In this document: piece after piece, positions 43,344-55,890 of the stretch
Layout of the letters: every line of letters starts with the position of its first letter
Numbering within the stretch: position 1 is the stretch's first letter
Assembly (NCBI GenBank): GCA_964016885.1
Contig: OZ024740.1
Span: forward strand, 278,938,001-279,002,000
Direction of reading: 5' to 3'
DNA from: Eledone cirrhosa
Taxonomy: Eukaryota
DNA length: 64,000 nucleotides
Position numbers and translations under genes: made by a program
Notes under the pieces: model-generated
Told to the model about the DNA's origin: nothing
Database searches by the model: none
Seen by the model: only the letters and a program-made list of their open reading frames with translations

Positions 43344-43353
43344 AATAAATAAA
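43344..43353 (+). terminator. Candidate polyadenylation signal (overlapping AATAAA x2) for DNAJC12
   Basis: AATAAATAAA about 450 nt after the stop; sequence is AT-rich, so a chance match is possible. Confidence 0.3.
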
Positions 43354-44312
43354 ACAAGTAAAATTGTATTGATCAGTATTGGAAAACACTTACAACTCTT
43401 CCCACTTCTATAGTGACCATTATGTATCACATCTTGTATCAAGATTAAGGATTGACTATTTATTTGGAAATAAATTATGATATTGCAACTATTTTTTAAC
43501 GTTGTTATTTATTATTGCCACAAGTGAAAGTGATTGAAAAGCAGAAATAGTAACACATCAAGCTAAAAATATCCCCTGGGTTAGACACTATGAAGGACTT
43601 CATCTGAAGTAGCAGTTATGGACAGATAGAGTTTGAGCCCATTAAACCCCACATGTAGAATGTGTAGATGAGTCATTACTATTTTTATTGCAAGTGCTAT
43701 CATTAGTGTTAGAATAGCCAATTTGCTCAAACACATGAAAACTAGAATAGTTATTTTCCTATAAATTTCAGTTCTAATCCTACAGTATTTGATAAAATAC
43801 TGCTAATATATTCAAGTTTTCTAAAGCGGATAATTATATTTATATACAAAGTACAAGTTTAATCCTTTTGCATGCTGTCAGCTGCTGATTATGCCTGGAG
43901 TGAAGTACATCACCTCAGTTCTTATTGCTTTTGTAAAAGCTAGCATGAAAGATCTGGCTCCTTCTCGTTAAATATTTTAATAACTAAGATTTTAATACAT
44001 TCTTAAACAGTATTTGTTAGCTAGAGTATATCAGTTAATCTTTTCAAGTTAATTCTCTCCACACAGCAGTTCAGAATATAAGCAAAAATTCAAACTTCTT
44101 GAAAATGAGAAAAAAATTCAGCCAACTTTTCAATTCAAATTATGTTTATGTATGTATTTTCAATGAGATCTTTAGAGTAACTTTGTATTCACTGCTACCA
44201 ACATAGCAATTTATATTTAATGCTATTGGCTGTAGCAGATTTTTTTTTACTGCAGGAGTGATCAAGGAAGTTTGCTTTGCAACCACATGATCCTGAATTT
44301 AATTCCACTATG

Positions 44313-44455
44313 GAGGCACATGGCTTAGTGGTTAGATCATTGGCCTTGCAATCGAAAGGTTGTGAGTTCAATTCTCAGACCGGGTGATGTGTTGTTTCCT
44401 TGAGCAAGGCACTTTATTTCACATTGCTCCAGTTTACTCAGCTGTAGAAATGAGA
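44313..44455 (+). mobile_element. tRNA-derived SINE head and body
   Basis: A box TGGCTTAGTGG, B box GAGTTCAATTC, then CCTTGAGCAAGGCACTTTATTTCACATTGCTCCAG. Confidence 0.75.
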
Positions 44456-47360
44456 TCATAGGACTGGGGTCCCTATCATTCCACAGCAAAAAAAACACCC
44501 AGCAGTCACTGTAAATGAGGTTGGTGTTAGGAAGGGCATCCAGCTGTAGAAATCAAGCCAGAATCAGTTCCCGTCCCACCCTTGCAAGCAGGGAAAAAGC
44601 GGACGTAAAATGAAATGATGATGATGATGACACATTCAGCAAGTGTCTTCAACCATAGCTTTTAAAATACATTGAGTGAAATTTGGAAGATGGAACTAGA
44701 AGTCTGTCATGTGTGCAGCATTTGTAATATTTAAGACCTTAAAAGAGTTAACATTTTAAAAGGGGATAAATAAATACTGATAAAATATGTACCATACTAA
44801 TAATAATAATAATGAAATATTGTGTACAGTGCTCAGGTGCACTACAACTCAATTAACTAATAAACTCTTAAAAGTTAGTTGCAGCAGCATGCCTGCAATA
44901 CAGTGGCTCAAATTAGGATCGTTACACAAATTTTTAGAGACACATTTACTCAAATCAAAATAGCAAAAACTTTTAAAATCATTGTTCAGATTAAAGTAAA
45001 ATCAATTTACAACAGCTGCACATTGAATAATAATAATAACAACTCAAGTGATACGAGAATTTCTTTTATTGATTTTTTTCTTTTTTCTTTTTCCTTTGTT
45101 TTTTTTTTTGCTGATTTTTTTCTTCTTTTTTTATGTTAGCTTGCTATTTTGCAAATTTCAACATAGAAGTTGTACAGTTTGGGAGTGCTAAATTGGAGGC
45201 AGCTAGCTACGACTTTTTAGGATATACTAAAATTAGCTTGTAGCCAAATATACTGGATGGATAAAAAAAAAAAAAGACTGTAGCCCCAAACATAATGAAC
45301 TAATATATTATTAGTCAAATTCCACAGATGAATTAACTAAATGCAGTATTAAGTATATAGCTCCTCCTTTAATTTTCTGGAAACGATTCCAGATACCAAA
45401 AGTACAAGACAGGGTTATGACGACCAGGCTGGTTAAAAGAACCTGCATTTGAAACACAATCACAACTCCACTTGTGTACAAATGGACCAATGAAGTGATA
45501 AAACTAAGGTAAACAATGAGGATAAGATATTGACCAACCTTAGGCAGTACTATATGACAAAGAAAGTTTTGTTTAGCTTGATTTTTTTTTTGTCCCCCCT
45601 CCTCCTTTAATGGAAAATAATGAACTTGATAAGCTGAAAGATTAGGAGCTAACTGACCAGGAAATAGGCAGGTGAGTGGTTGGATATACCAGCAATATTA
45701 GAGAGAAAAGAGAGCACAAGACAGTTGCTATATATTAGATAATTTTGATTTACAATATTGCAAAAAAAAAAAAAAAATAAATAAATAAATAAATAATAAT
45801 AACTGGGGTGAGTGGGAAATAATATAATAATGGTCATAATAAAATATAAGGAAGTACTTGGGGTAGAGGTGATATTTAAGATTTTGTAAAATCCCTCTGC
45901 AGAATCAGATAATGGCGAATTATATATTACCAAACAAATTCAAGTTACCATTTGAACACTTTTATCAAGTATACATGAATTTGTGTTAAGGATTAATTAA
46001 ACTGATGTCCAGCAGAAACAAATCCTCCATCTCCAGTAGAGATAAGATAGATAGATAAAATGTGAGTATTAGCCATATAACTGACAATATTTTAAATTTA
46101 AGTATATCCCATGCATAAGGAAAACAAAAACACAGAAACAATAACTTTAAATACTTAGACCTTAAGAAAAAGCAAAACAGGGAATACATCCAATTAAATG
46201 TTTAAAATACCAAAAAACATTGTAATTTTTTATACTTTTTAGATTTCACTGAATTACAAATCTGGATTTGCTTGGTTTGAGAACAAGATACTTTAAAAAA
46301 ATAAGTGAAAAGCAGGATTACAACAATGTTCAATACCCAGATTGTTCTTAAGGTTTACTGCCAGCAGTAGCCCAAGTATGTGTGTGGGGTGGAGGGGTGA
46401 GGAAAAAAAAGAGGGGGGGGGACACTCCCTTATTTAAAATAAAATAGTTAAAAGATATTCAACAGAATTTTAAAAAAAACATATTTAAACCTCTAAAACT
46501 ATTTATTTTTCCATTTAAGTACCAGAAGAAAGATTCTCTGATCAAAGAGAGCATAGAAAATATATAAATAAAAGAAAATCCAGCCACTCTCATGATACTA
46601 ATTCAAGTAGAATTCCAAGAAATATTATCAAGCCATTCCGAAAGCCCCCACCCCAACAAACACAACAGTTATATTATACAAAGAGATAAGGCAAATATCA
46701 AGAACTGTAAAGGTAAAATAAATGGGTGGGGGGTTTAAAAAAAAAAGATTTTGCTCATGAAAAGTTTCACCTTTGTCATATAGCACTTCTCCAAAGTTAC
46801 TTGCAATCACCTATCCTCTTCTCATCTCCTCAACAGATTTGGGGAGGGGGGACCCACGGTAGAGTATTTGTATTTTTTCTTCCTCTACCTATTGAAGAGG
46901 ATACCTGGAAACTAAGGAAGAAGAGAACAATTCCATCCATCAAGGTTGTGTGTAACAAACATAACCATAAAAAGGAAATCACTTAAGAATTGGGATTGTA
47001 AGCATTGAGGGCGGGGAGCATATTAAGTGTTTACTTTTGGTCATATGTATTACTTTTCTCTCCATTAATGCATCTCTTAGTGAGGAAGCAATTTGTTTGC
47101 TAGCTTGCTTAGCTGAACACAGCATCATCACCAGTAAGACATCAATGCTGCCTTTTGCGTGTACCATTAGTCAACTCCAAGGAGAATCCAGTTAACTACA
47201 TCCCTTATATGCAAGTCGGTGACATATCTTAAACCAAATAGCAGGGATGTTATAATAGTAGTAGATGTAGTAGTAATGGCAGTTATGGTGATGGGAAGGA
47301 GCTGTAGTAGCACATGTAGTGCCACTATGTCAGAACACCTACCATCCCAAGGAGCTGGAG

Positions 47361-48473
47361 TCACCTTTTGGCAAGCCGAAGTACTATACCAGATTTAGAA
47401 CCGATAACCTTCCACTCAGGGTCATTGGGATCATCTTCAGTAGTTGAAGCTGAGGAGCTACTGGGCAGTGGAGAGCATGGATGGCTGCTTCCAGGTGTTG
47501 CTAGTTCAGCCTGAGATATTTCTGGAGAGGTCGTTGAAGGGTTTTTCTGTACTTCCACTGAGGAATTCTTTACATGTAATTTTTCAAATTCTTCTTCACT
47601 AAGAGGGAATGTCCGTGGAACCCAAGGTTCAACACATAAATGCTCAAACATTTCATGCGAGAAGGTCATATTTTCATCATCATATGAAAAACGATCTGTT
47701 CTTGACACAGAACTACTCCGGCGCCTACCAATCTGCTCATCATTACACCTTTGTAGCTGACCAGCAGAGTAAGTGGTTGGAGTAGAAGGACGAGTCTGTA
47801 AATAACTGTCAAATGGAAAAGGTAGAGGAGGAGTCAACTTAGATGAATGATGAATTACTGATGCTGGCAACAGCTTATAACCTGCAAGCATCTGATGAGA
47901 ATTTTCTGTTCCTTCTGATTTCAAAAGAGTTTGTTCAAGAGACTTTTTAGAACCACTTGCTGACTGACAGGATGTGAGCAGACTCTGTTGTTGTCTGTTA
48001 TTGATATCCCCTTCATCACGATGTAAAGAGGATTTGTCTAACACATTTTGTTGGTTGTCCAGCTGTTTTAATTCATCAGATGTGTCATCTAATGATGCAA
48101 GGAAAGACCTTGACTCTGTGACAGATTGCATTGAAGGAGGTTTGTGTACATTTGGGTTTGTAACAGTCTGGGAAGGAGATTGAACCTGTAGTTGTAGCAA
48201 AGGTGGTAGAGGGGGAGATTGTGATGCCACTGAGTGTATGCTTTCATTGCCGTGACGACTAGAAGTCAACGAATGAGTAGGAGAACCAACCATAGAATTG
48301 CTGTCCATTAAGTTAACAGATTCATGGAAAATTGGATCAGAATCATCTAACCTCACAGAACGATTACTGCGCCTGCCATGTTGAAAATATGATACAAATC
48401 TTTTCTTTTCTTGGATTTCACACTTAGCATGCCGCTGTATATAAAGTTCATCAGATAGATCTTCTATGGGAAG
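47361..48473 (-). CDS. KANSL1: KAT8 regulatory NSL complex subunit 1, terminal coding exon (PEHE region and C-terminus)
   Basis: Acceptor TTTCCAG. Begins LPIEDLSDELYIQRHAKCEIQEKKR (PEHE EDLSD...RHAKCE), contains PWVPRTFPL (cf. vertebrate PWERRTFPL), ends TGA at 47363-47361. Confidence 0.93.
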   Translation of the reverse strand, partial: LPIEDLSDELYIQRHAKCEIQEKKRFVSYFQHGRRSNRSVRLDDSDPIFHESVNLMDSNSMVGSPTHSLTSSRHGNESIHSVASQSPPLPPLLQLQVQSPSQTVTNPNVHKPPSMQSVTESRSFLASLDDTSDELKQLDNQQNVLDKSSLHRDEGDINNRQQQSLLTSCQSASGSKKSLEQTLLKSEGTENSHQMLAGYKLLPASVIHHSSKLTPPLPFPFDSYLQTRPSTPTTYSAGQLQRCNDEQIGRRRSSSVSRTDRFSYDDENMTFSHEMFEHLCVEPWVPRTFPLSEEEFEKLHVKNSSVEVQKNPSTTSPEISQAELATPGSSHPCSPLPSSSSASTTEDDPNDPEWKVIGSKSGIVLRLAKR

Positions 48474-49875
48474 CTGGAAAGAAATAAAACTTTATTATAC
48501 TTCAATATACATCACTACACTGATATAGAAAATATTGTATCAAAACAAATTATTATTATTTTACCAAAGGCTTCAATAATTATGCTTTAGAATAAATGAA
48601 GGATGAGAAACAATTTCATATATTAATATAATTTTATTATATTGGTATGGTATTAATCTGTAATTCCTGAGAAGTCATAGGGGTGCCATATTGACATACA
48701 GAATTTCTAGGGCATTTTTTAAACCTGGTGGAGCCCATCTCCTCTGCAGGCCTGAATACAGTAGATTTCTTTAAGAGAAGGAAGTGAGAAAGAGATATAG
48801 AGGAAGAATCGACCCCAGTATTTGGCTGGTACTTTTTTTTATCAGGCAAAGTTGACCTCAGCGTGATTTGAACAGAGAGCAGGGATCCGAAATAAATACT
48901 ACAAAGCATTTTAACGACTGCCAATTCGCAGCCTATTCATTATATTAGTTGGATCAATTAGACCAGAAAGATGATCCTTCCAATTTATAACTGTCAGTAT
49001 AGGATATAGCAGCAGTTACAGTTGAAGTAATTGCTTGTATGACCATCATATTCAACAAACTCTTAATTCTAAATTAGATATAAATTCAAATGTATTATGT
49101 TATCAATTTATTGATATCAAAGTCACTTTCTAACTACCCCTTATTTGAGGGAATTAATTTAAAATAATTTTTAGTACCTTTTCATTATATATATATCTAT
49201 CATTTTTTAAACATTTAATTCCAACGCTTTCTTTTTCCAATTTCTTTAACAATTCTTTTCTAAACATTTTTTGATAGTATAACATACATTCCCGTTATCC
49301 TAAGGAAGAACTAGTGTAACCGAAATATTTCAAACTGAACTAATTTTGCTCAGATTTATTACAGAAAATATAACATTCTAGTGTTGGTGTCAGTTGGTTA
49401 AGGAACTAAGAGCAGTGTTATATCAAGTTTATATCAAGATAAATATCGACACAAATTACTATGCTATAAGATACATTTAGGACTTGTGCAGTACAAAGGG
49501 TCTCAAAGGAATCAAACTATGAATTAACAATGTTACAGAAATTCAACGATCATAGAAAAAGCACTTCCATATTTGTTACTATAAACAAAGAAATGGAATA
49601 TCTAAAAGTTTGCATAATCCATTACATTTTGTGTGAAAAAAACCTAACTTAATATCATCCTAAACAATGATATATTTTCTCGTAAAAACCTGAGAACCAA
49701 TTGTTGTCAGTGGTATAAAACCAACATCTTCAGGAAGAAAAAAAATTGAAGGTATATAAATATGAGACATTGGAGAGGAAAAGAAAAATTGGAAATGAGG
49801 TAATGCATTTTTTAAAATATATTTCTCCATAAGTTTCATTGATTTTCAACAGTCAATTTGAATTGTATACCATAC

Positions 49876-50083
49876 CTCATCATCATCATCATCATCATCA
49901 TCCTCATCTTCATTAGCCTCAGCTTCATCTTCACTGTCTTCCTTAATATGAGCTGGAACTATGATACCATTGGTCTTGCCAGATATAGCTTCCTTTATCG
50001 TGGTACAGGGAGACTTTGCAGATGTATCGATTCCTTCAGTTTCAGTTTTAGACTCGGATGAATCTTCTCCAATTTCTCGCCAT
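49876..50083 (-). CDS. KANSL1: KANSL1 internal exon (WREIGED...EDEDDDDDDDDE), acidic linker in the PEHE region
   Basis: Acceptor TTATCAG, donor GAG|GTATGG, 208 nt; completes TPK|W across the junction and is in frame with the last exon. Confidence 0.9.
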
Positions 50084-50491
50084 CTGATAACAACGACAAT
50101 TTTTTTTTAAAGATATAAATCTATAAAATGATTTAGAATTACATTACTCCAATAACCTCACTGGTATTTAATCCCTACAACTAGAAGTCTAAATTCATAA
50201 ACACCTAAGTTGGCTAAATTGTGAAGAAAAATAGGAAAATCTATAAGAAAGTTCAATGATAATAAAGCAAATTGCAATTAAATTACAATTTTTTTTAAAT
50301 ACTACAATTAAAATGACTTTTCAAACAAAACAAAAAAAAGCTTACTGGTTTCAAGTATTAGACTTGACTTAACTCTTAACAGGTATAGTAATCAAACTGT
50401 GTTTAGTAGACTAATTCTAAATTGCAATCTTACAATAAATATTCCTAAGATAAGTAATTCTGTATATAAAACATTATTTATGAAAACTCAC

Positions 50492-50765
50492 TTTGGTGTT
50501 ACTATTTCTTTATATTGTAACTTTTCTACTCTGGTAGAAGCAGCCATACTATATGGAATGACAATATTATTGATATCAAAGGCACTCTCCCCTCGTCTTT
50601 TCCTCAATGTAGCTTCTTTTATTTCCTTAAGAGTATATGAAGAAAAATTCATTGCAGATGAAGGATCTTTCAAACCAGATGATTCAGAGGTCATTCTAAA
50701 CCTCCGTTTTCCAGCAAGTCTGCCACCACCCAATGAAAGAGAACGCGAAGGTAATTTCTTCAGAG
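50492..50765 (-). CDS. KANSL1: KANSL1 internal exon with the conserved [35 protein letters not shown] block
   Basis: Near-identical to the vertebrate KANSL1 motif [35 protein letters not shown]; acceptor TTTACAG, donor GTGAGT, 274 nt. Confidence 0.96.
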
Positions 50766-52231
50766 CTGTAAACAAAATAAAATAAAATATAATATCTAAA
50801 ATAATTTAACATGTGAGTAAATAAGCAAAACCATTGATCAATTTAAATAGTACCTTCTTCTCACCCATTTATTCGTGAGAGGGTCGTGAGAAGAGGCCTC
50901 TAACACTCCCTCTAGCAAGTCCTGTCAGAAGCAATCGTCTCCAACTGATCAAACTGGATGCCCAAGCATGACCAGCCAAGCTCATGGATGTTATCCAATC
51001 ATTTTGCTCAGGGTCTACCCCTGGATCTCACGCCAGTTGGTTTTGCACATAAAATCTGTCCAGCGATTCTTTCCTGAGACATTTTAACCACATGTATTGG
51101 AGCTGTGATCTCTAAATTCGGAAAAGTAGCAGCTCTACTTGGAGTGACTCTCTGATCTCCAAGCTACGTACTTTATAGTGCCACTTATTTAAAATATAAC
51201 ATGTAGTATCACCCAAAATAGATCAATAAATCTATCTGAGAAATTAAAAGATAAACTGCATGACTAAGAACATATAATGCACACACAAATATTTGACCTG
51301 CTGTATGCATAAAGATTCATTGACATTACATTTGTACTTTTGTACACAATCACTTAAAATCAACATCTTAAGAATGGACACAAACTGGTTAAATCTAGTC
51401 GTCATATCCTTTCATTTTGTAATTTTAAATCATTAGAAGAAACACTACTTAACTTGCTCCAAGCAGTTAATGTAAACATAGGAATGACAATAAAGCATTA
51501 AACAGAAGACACATACACAACTACATTTGTTGCCTTATGATAAATATACAAAATATCAATAAATCACTAATTAAAATTCTTAAAAACTCAAAAATCTGAA
51601 ATCAAATTCCAATCAAAATACAAATACACAATTAGGTAATAATTTATCAAAGTTTACTACCATACACATTTCAAATTCTTGTAAATCTTTTGGGTGACAA
51701 ATTTAAATGACACACAGTATGAATGATATACATCCTGAGTCAATGAAACTGGTTGTAAGTGGTACCCAGTTGTCTTGGTGCACTGTAATGTACCACATGG
51801 TGAAATTTCATTCTGTACATGACTTTTGGGTTACATGATTTATGTGGCTCAGGAATATTTGAAAATCAACTTTCCACTCCTCTTCACTTATCACATTCAT
51901 TCAGATTACCTGATGTAGGTATGTAGATAATTACAATATTTTCCCATTCTTCTGAAATTATTTCAGACTCTGAGATCTCCTATTACTGTGCCCACCAATT
52001 TCTTTCCCAACATGCTACATTACAAGTGATGGCATTGTGTCTGTCTAATTCAATTCTTTCCACCTTCACCATTATTTGTCAACCATTACTCTCTCTTTCT
52101 TTATTGCCCTTCGACATCACTCATTAATTGACACCTTTCACTCATTCTTTCCTCTCACTTCAGTTCTCTGTTCTTAATCTCTAAATAATTACCAAATAAT
52201 TAAATATAGCTAAATATGGTTAATATCTTAA

Positions 52232-52762
52232 CCCTTTAGCATTTACATTACTCTATATTTACTGTATCTGTATAAGTGAGCTGCTCAACATTACCAAACT
52301 TAGACCAATTACATCAATTGTCAAATCAAGAGTACTCAAACTATACGGCCATATAAAAAGATCAACTCGTGGTGTGAGTAGGTTATGCCTGGAGGGAAGG
52401 TTGGCTGGTAAGAGAAGCAGAGGCCGGCAGCCAAAACAATGGCTTGACAATGTCAATTCATGGACTGGACTTGATTTTTGCTCTTTGAACTCTGCTGCTG
52501 GAGGTGATCGAACTTTGTGGAGAGAAATATCATGTTAATGTGCAGTCTGCAACTGGCAGCGTTTAGTGTCACAAGAAGAATATTTACTATTATATTTTCA
52601 TGGTAAAGGCTTTAGCTCACATAATATCAAATCTATGAGATTTTGATATTATTGATTTTGAGAACAATACCTTAACATCAGTATGAGTGACCAGTTACGG
52701 TCGGTTTGAACAGAAAGAGGCGAGGATTCTGGCCAGATATGGCTGGTTTAACTGCTAAAGGG
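52232..52762. mobile_element. piggyBac-type MITE interrupted by an RTE insertion
   Basis: TTAA-CCCTTTAGC ... GCTAAAGGG-TTAA termini; body homologous to the other three copies. Confidence 0.8.
52264..52579 (+). mobile_element. 5'-truncated RTE LINE with 9-bp target-site duplication
   Basis: ATATTTACT at 52255-52263 and 52580-52588; translation LKLYGHIKRS...LEGRLAGKRSRGRQPKQWLDNV; short GAA tail. Confidence 0.8.
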
Positions 52763-52828
52763 TTAAAGGTATTCTTATTTTAGCTGAACAGCAAAGTAAA
52801 TAAATAAATACAATTTTCCTTAACTTAC

Positions 52829-53020
52829 CAATAGCCAACTGTGCTGCCCTGCGTTTCTTGATTTCAGTTCTACAAAGTCGTTTATCTGACACTTTGTTTT
52901 GAGGAGTTGTAGGCAAAGAGGACGATGTGGCTGATGGTGTGGTCATAGTCAGTGAGACAGGTGAGGTTGATGGTGGACGAGATTTCTGTACAGGTTTTTT
53001 ATCATATCGACTTCTGAATT
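52829..53020 (-). CDS. KANSL1: KANSL1 internal exon (FRSRYDKKPVQKSRPP...KKRRAAQLAI)
   Basis: Acceptor TTTTCAG, donor G|GTAAGT, 192 nt; open and phase-compatible on both sides. Confidence 0.85.
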
Positions 53021-53139
53021 CTGAAAATTAAAGTATTTAAGTATGAGAGAAAGTAATCAACATATTCTCTAACATATTTCAATTAATATAAACCTCTTTC
53101 AAAATATACACTAACATACAGACTAGATGTAATTCTATA

Positions 53140-55520
53140 TAATAATGAAAATTATTGTGTACAGTGCAAAGGTGCATGTATAGTACGTAGAATAATGTAC
53201 AAATGTCAGGAAAGTGAATGAGTCATGATATACACAGACATGCACGTGTGTATGTATGAAGGGGGAATATCAGGTGTAGTGTTGGCGAATTTCAGGAAGC
53301 CTGGACGTTTTGAAGGATGCAATGTCCCGATAGCTAACAACTGATGCAGGTAGTTTGTTCCATGCTTCAGCAACTCTGAGTGAGACAAAATGTTTCTGAA
53401 AGTCATGGGAGCTGTACTGCTTTCTGATTTTATAAACATGCCTATGGGTGTTAGACACACAGAGTTCAAAAAGGTGCTCAGGGTTGTTGTTGGAAAGATG
53501 GTTAATAATCTTGTGGGTGTTTACTAAGTCAGTTGCCAGACGTTGGAGCTTTAATGTATCCATGCCAAGGGAAGCAAGGCGTTCAGAGTATGGTAGATGC
53601 CTTATGGAGGGTATACATTTGGTTGCACGTCTCTAAACAGTTTCCAGATCAATATTCTGAGCAAGATAGGGGGTTCCAGACTGGTGCTGCAAATTGTAAG
53701 TATGGATGTACTTACAATATACAGCTTTAAATAGATAGCTGGAGAGCGGCTGACAAAGGTCTTACTGACAATTTTAGAGATGTACTTTGTCCAAAGCAAA
53801 CCGCTGTTGACAATAATGCCCAGGTCACGTTCAGAAGATTTCTTGAGATTGGTGTTGTGGAGGGAGTATGTGAACACTGGGTTTTTCATCCCAAAATGCA
53901 TGGTGGTACACTTGTCCACAGCCAGCTTCAGTTGCCAGTCCGTAATGCATTGCTGCATTGTGTCCAGATCTGATTGTAGGAAAGATCTATAGTGTACAGG
54001 ATCTGTCCTTTTTATCTCAAGGTACAGCTTCATGTCTACATATTTCAGCACTGTGGCATTTTTTTATTTGGCATCTATGTCATTAATATATGCAACAAAC
54101 AAAAGGAGACCAAGAACATCCATGTGATACACCAGACGTCATCTCATTGTGACTACTTTGTTTCGACTGAGAACCAGTTATAAAGATCATCTCTCACACC
54201 CACTGCAGAGAGTTTTGCCATAAATGTTTTGTGTCGCATAGAATTAAAAATTTAGCAAAGTCAAGATAAATAACATCCACCCATGAGGCGCTATCAGTGA
54301 TTCAGGTAATATCTTCATGAAATTCAATGAGTCGATCACAGCAGCTGGAGTTATGGAAAAATTCAAATTGTGAGGGCCAGATAAAGCTGTGAGAGTTCCG
54401 GCGATGCAGCTAGTAATACTAATTGGACAATAGTTGACAAGCAACATGTGATCACCTTTTTTGAACAGAGGAATGACACTGGCAGTTTTCCATTGATCTG
54501 GGGTAACACTATTGTCATGGCAGAATTAAAAGAAGAGTGAAAGCTGGTGTAGAAGAAAGTACCCACCAGAAGCAGGTTCATAACACCATCAAAACCAGGA
54601 GAGGCATAGTTGTGCTTATTCTTAAGGTAGTGCCGCAGCATTGCAGGTGTAAATTCCATAGTTGCTATAGAATTTGATGTCAGAGGTGATGGAGATGGTA
54701 CATTTTGATTTTCAACAGTAAAAATGCCTGCATAGCATTCAGCAATAAGTTCTGCGCATTCTTTGGGATTGTCAATAATCTGGCCTGTGTGGGGATTGCG
54801 AAGAAGACCTACTGGAGAATGGGTCTCTGCTTTGAACGTACATATTTCCAGAAGACTTTGATGTCAGGGTTGGTTGCTATATTGTATTCATATCCAAGAA
54901 CTGACTTTTTTATCACCTGATGATCTAGTGCACTTTTTTTCTGATCTATGTAATCGGTATTCCTGTTCAGCATCACATTCTTTCCTGGCAAGTCAGACAG
55001 CTGCAGTCTCCCAAATTGCACTTTGGGAATGCTTTTTTTTTTTTTTTTTTGCTTATGTGGTACTGGTGCTGCACATGCTGTCCATATCGAATTCAGGATA
55101 TTCAGAAGTATTGTATTCAAATCTCCAGAGTCGTAAATTTCAAGCCAATTTGGGTGTTGTAGCTCGGTGCAGTAAGAGTTCCAGTCTGCTTTATTCCAAT
55201 CAAAGCGAGCAGTTTGGAGATGGTTAAAGTTTTTGTTACTGCCCATACGGGACAGGTTGACAATGATCATAGTATGAACAGAGTCACCTAAAGATTTCTC
55301 AGTAGTGACACTCAAATATTTCAAGAGTAGTGGTAAAGAGCAGATCCAAAGTGTTGTTACCTCTTTGTGGGGGAGTTAACTACTTGGGACCAGTTCGAAT
55401 CCAGCACTAGCTAAAGGTAATCATTTGTACTTTGCGGCCAATCTCAGGGTAATTGAAGTCACCTGCAATGAAGACATAAGTGGCTGTTCTCCCGGCAGCA
55501 GCTCTGGGGGTATCAAAAAG
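53140..55520 (-). mobile_element. CR1-clade LINE (APE + RT remnants + 3' end) in a KANSL1 intron
   Basis: AGDFNYPEI, NNTLDLL, NYCPISITSCI, LKYVDMKLY, WQLKLAVDKC, ERDLGIIV, RVAEAWNKLP motifs; 3'-end copies at about 39170-39370 and 44800-44850. Confidence 0.85.
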
Positions 55521-55807
55521 CTGTGTGTCTTGATGGTAATTTAGAGGGGAAGGGGTAAAAAAACAACTAAGTAGAAGTGATGACATGGTAATACATATCT
55601 TAATTTTATGTTGCATATGACTTAGTTGTATATTTGTATGAATTGAGCTGTGTGAGACACCTGTGCTAAGCCGAGACAAGTGTAATAATAATAATAATAT
55701 ACACTACCAAAGAAAAAGATTATGCCAATGGTAAAATTAGAATCTGCAACTCATGATATGCATTTAAATATATAAGAAATTTAACAAGTATTTGTAGAAA
55801 CACTTAC

Positions 55808-55890
55808 TAGCTGATGACAGCAATACTGCTGCAGCATTTTTCAACTTTTTGCTGGTACGCCGAGCTTCATTTTGTAATAGTTTTTGCCTT
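55808..55890 (-). CDS. KANSL1: KANSL1 internal exon (RQKLLQNEARRTSKKLKNAAAVLLSSA)
   Basis: Acceptor TTTTCAG, donor A|GTAAGT, 83 nt; links the phase-2 upstream junction to the phase-1 downstream junction. Confidence 0.82.

Noticed and set aside
44313-44395. tRNA-like sequence with A and B boxes
   Set aside because: No acceptor stem or full cloverleaf; continues into a SINE body seen several times in the window
47167-47364. ORF overlapping the KANSL1 stop, or stop-codon readthrough (TGA C)
   Set aside because: Weak context, next in-frame stop about 12 codons later, no recognisable sequence; treated as 3' UTR
53013-53022. Second AG acceptor 7 nt inside the KANSL1 exon at 53020
   Set aside because: Would shift the frame; the upstream AG fits the phase
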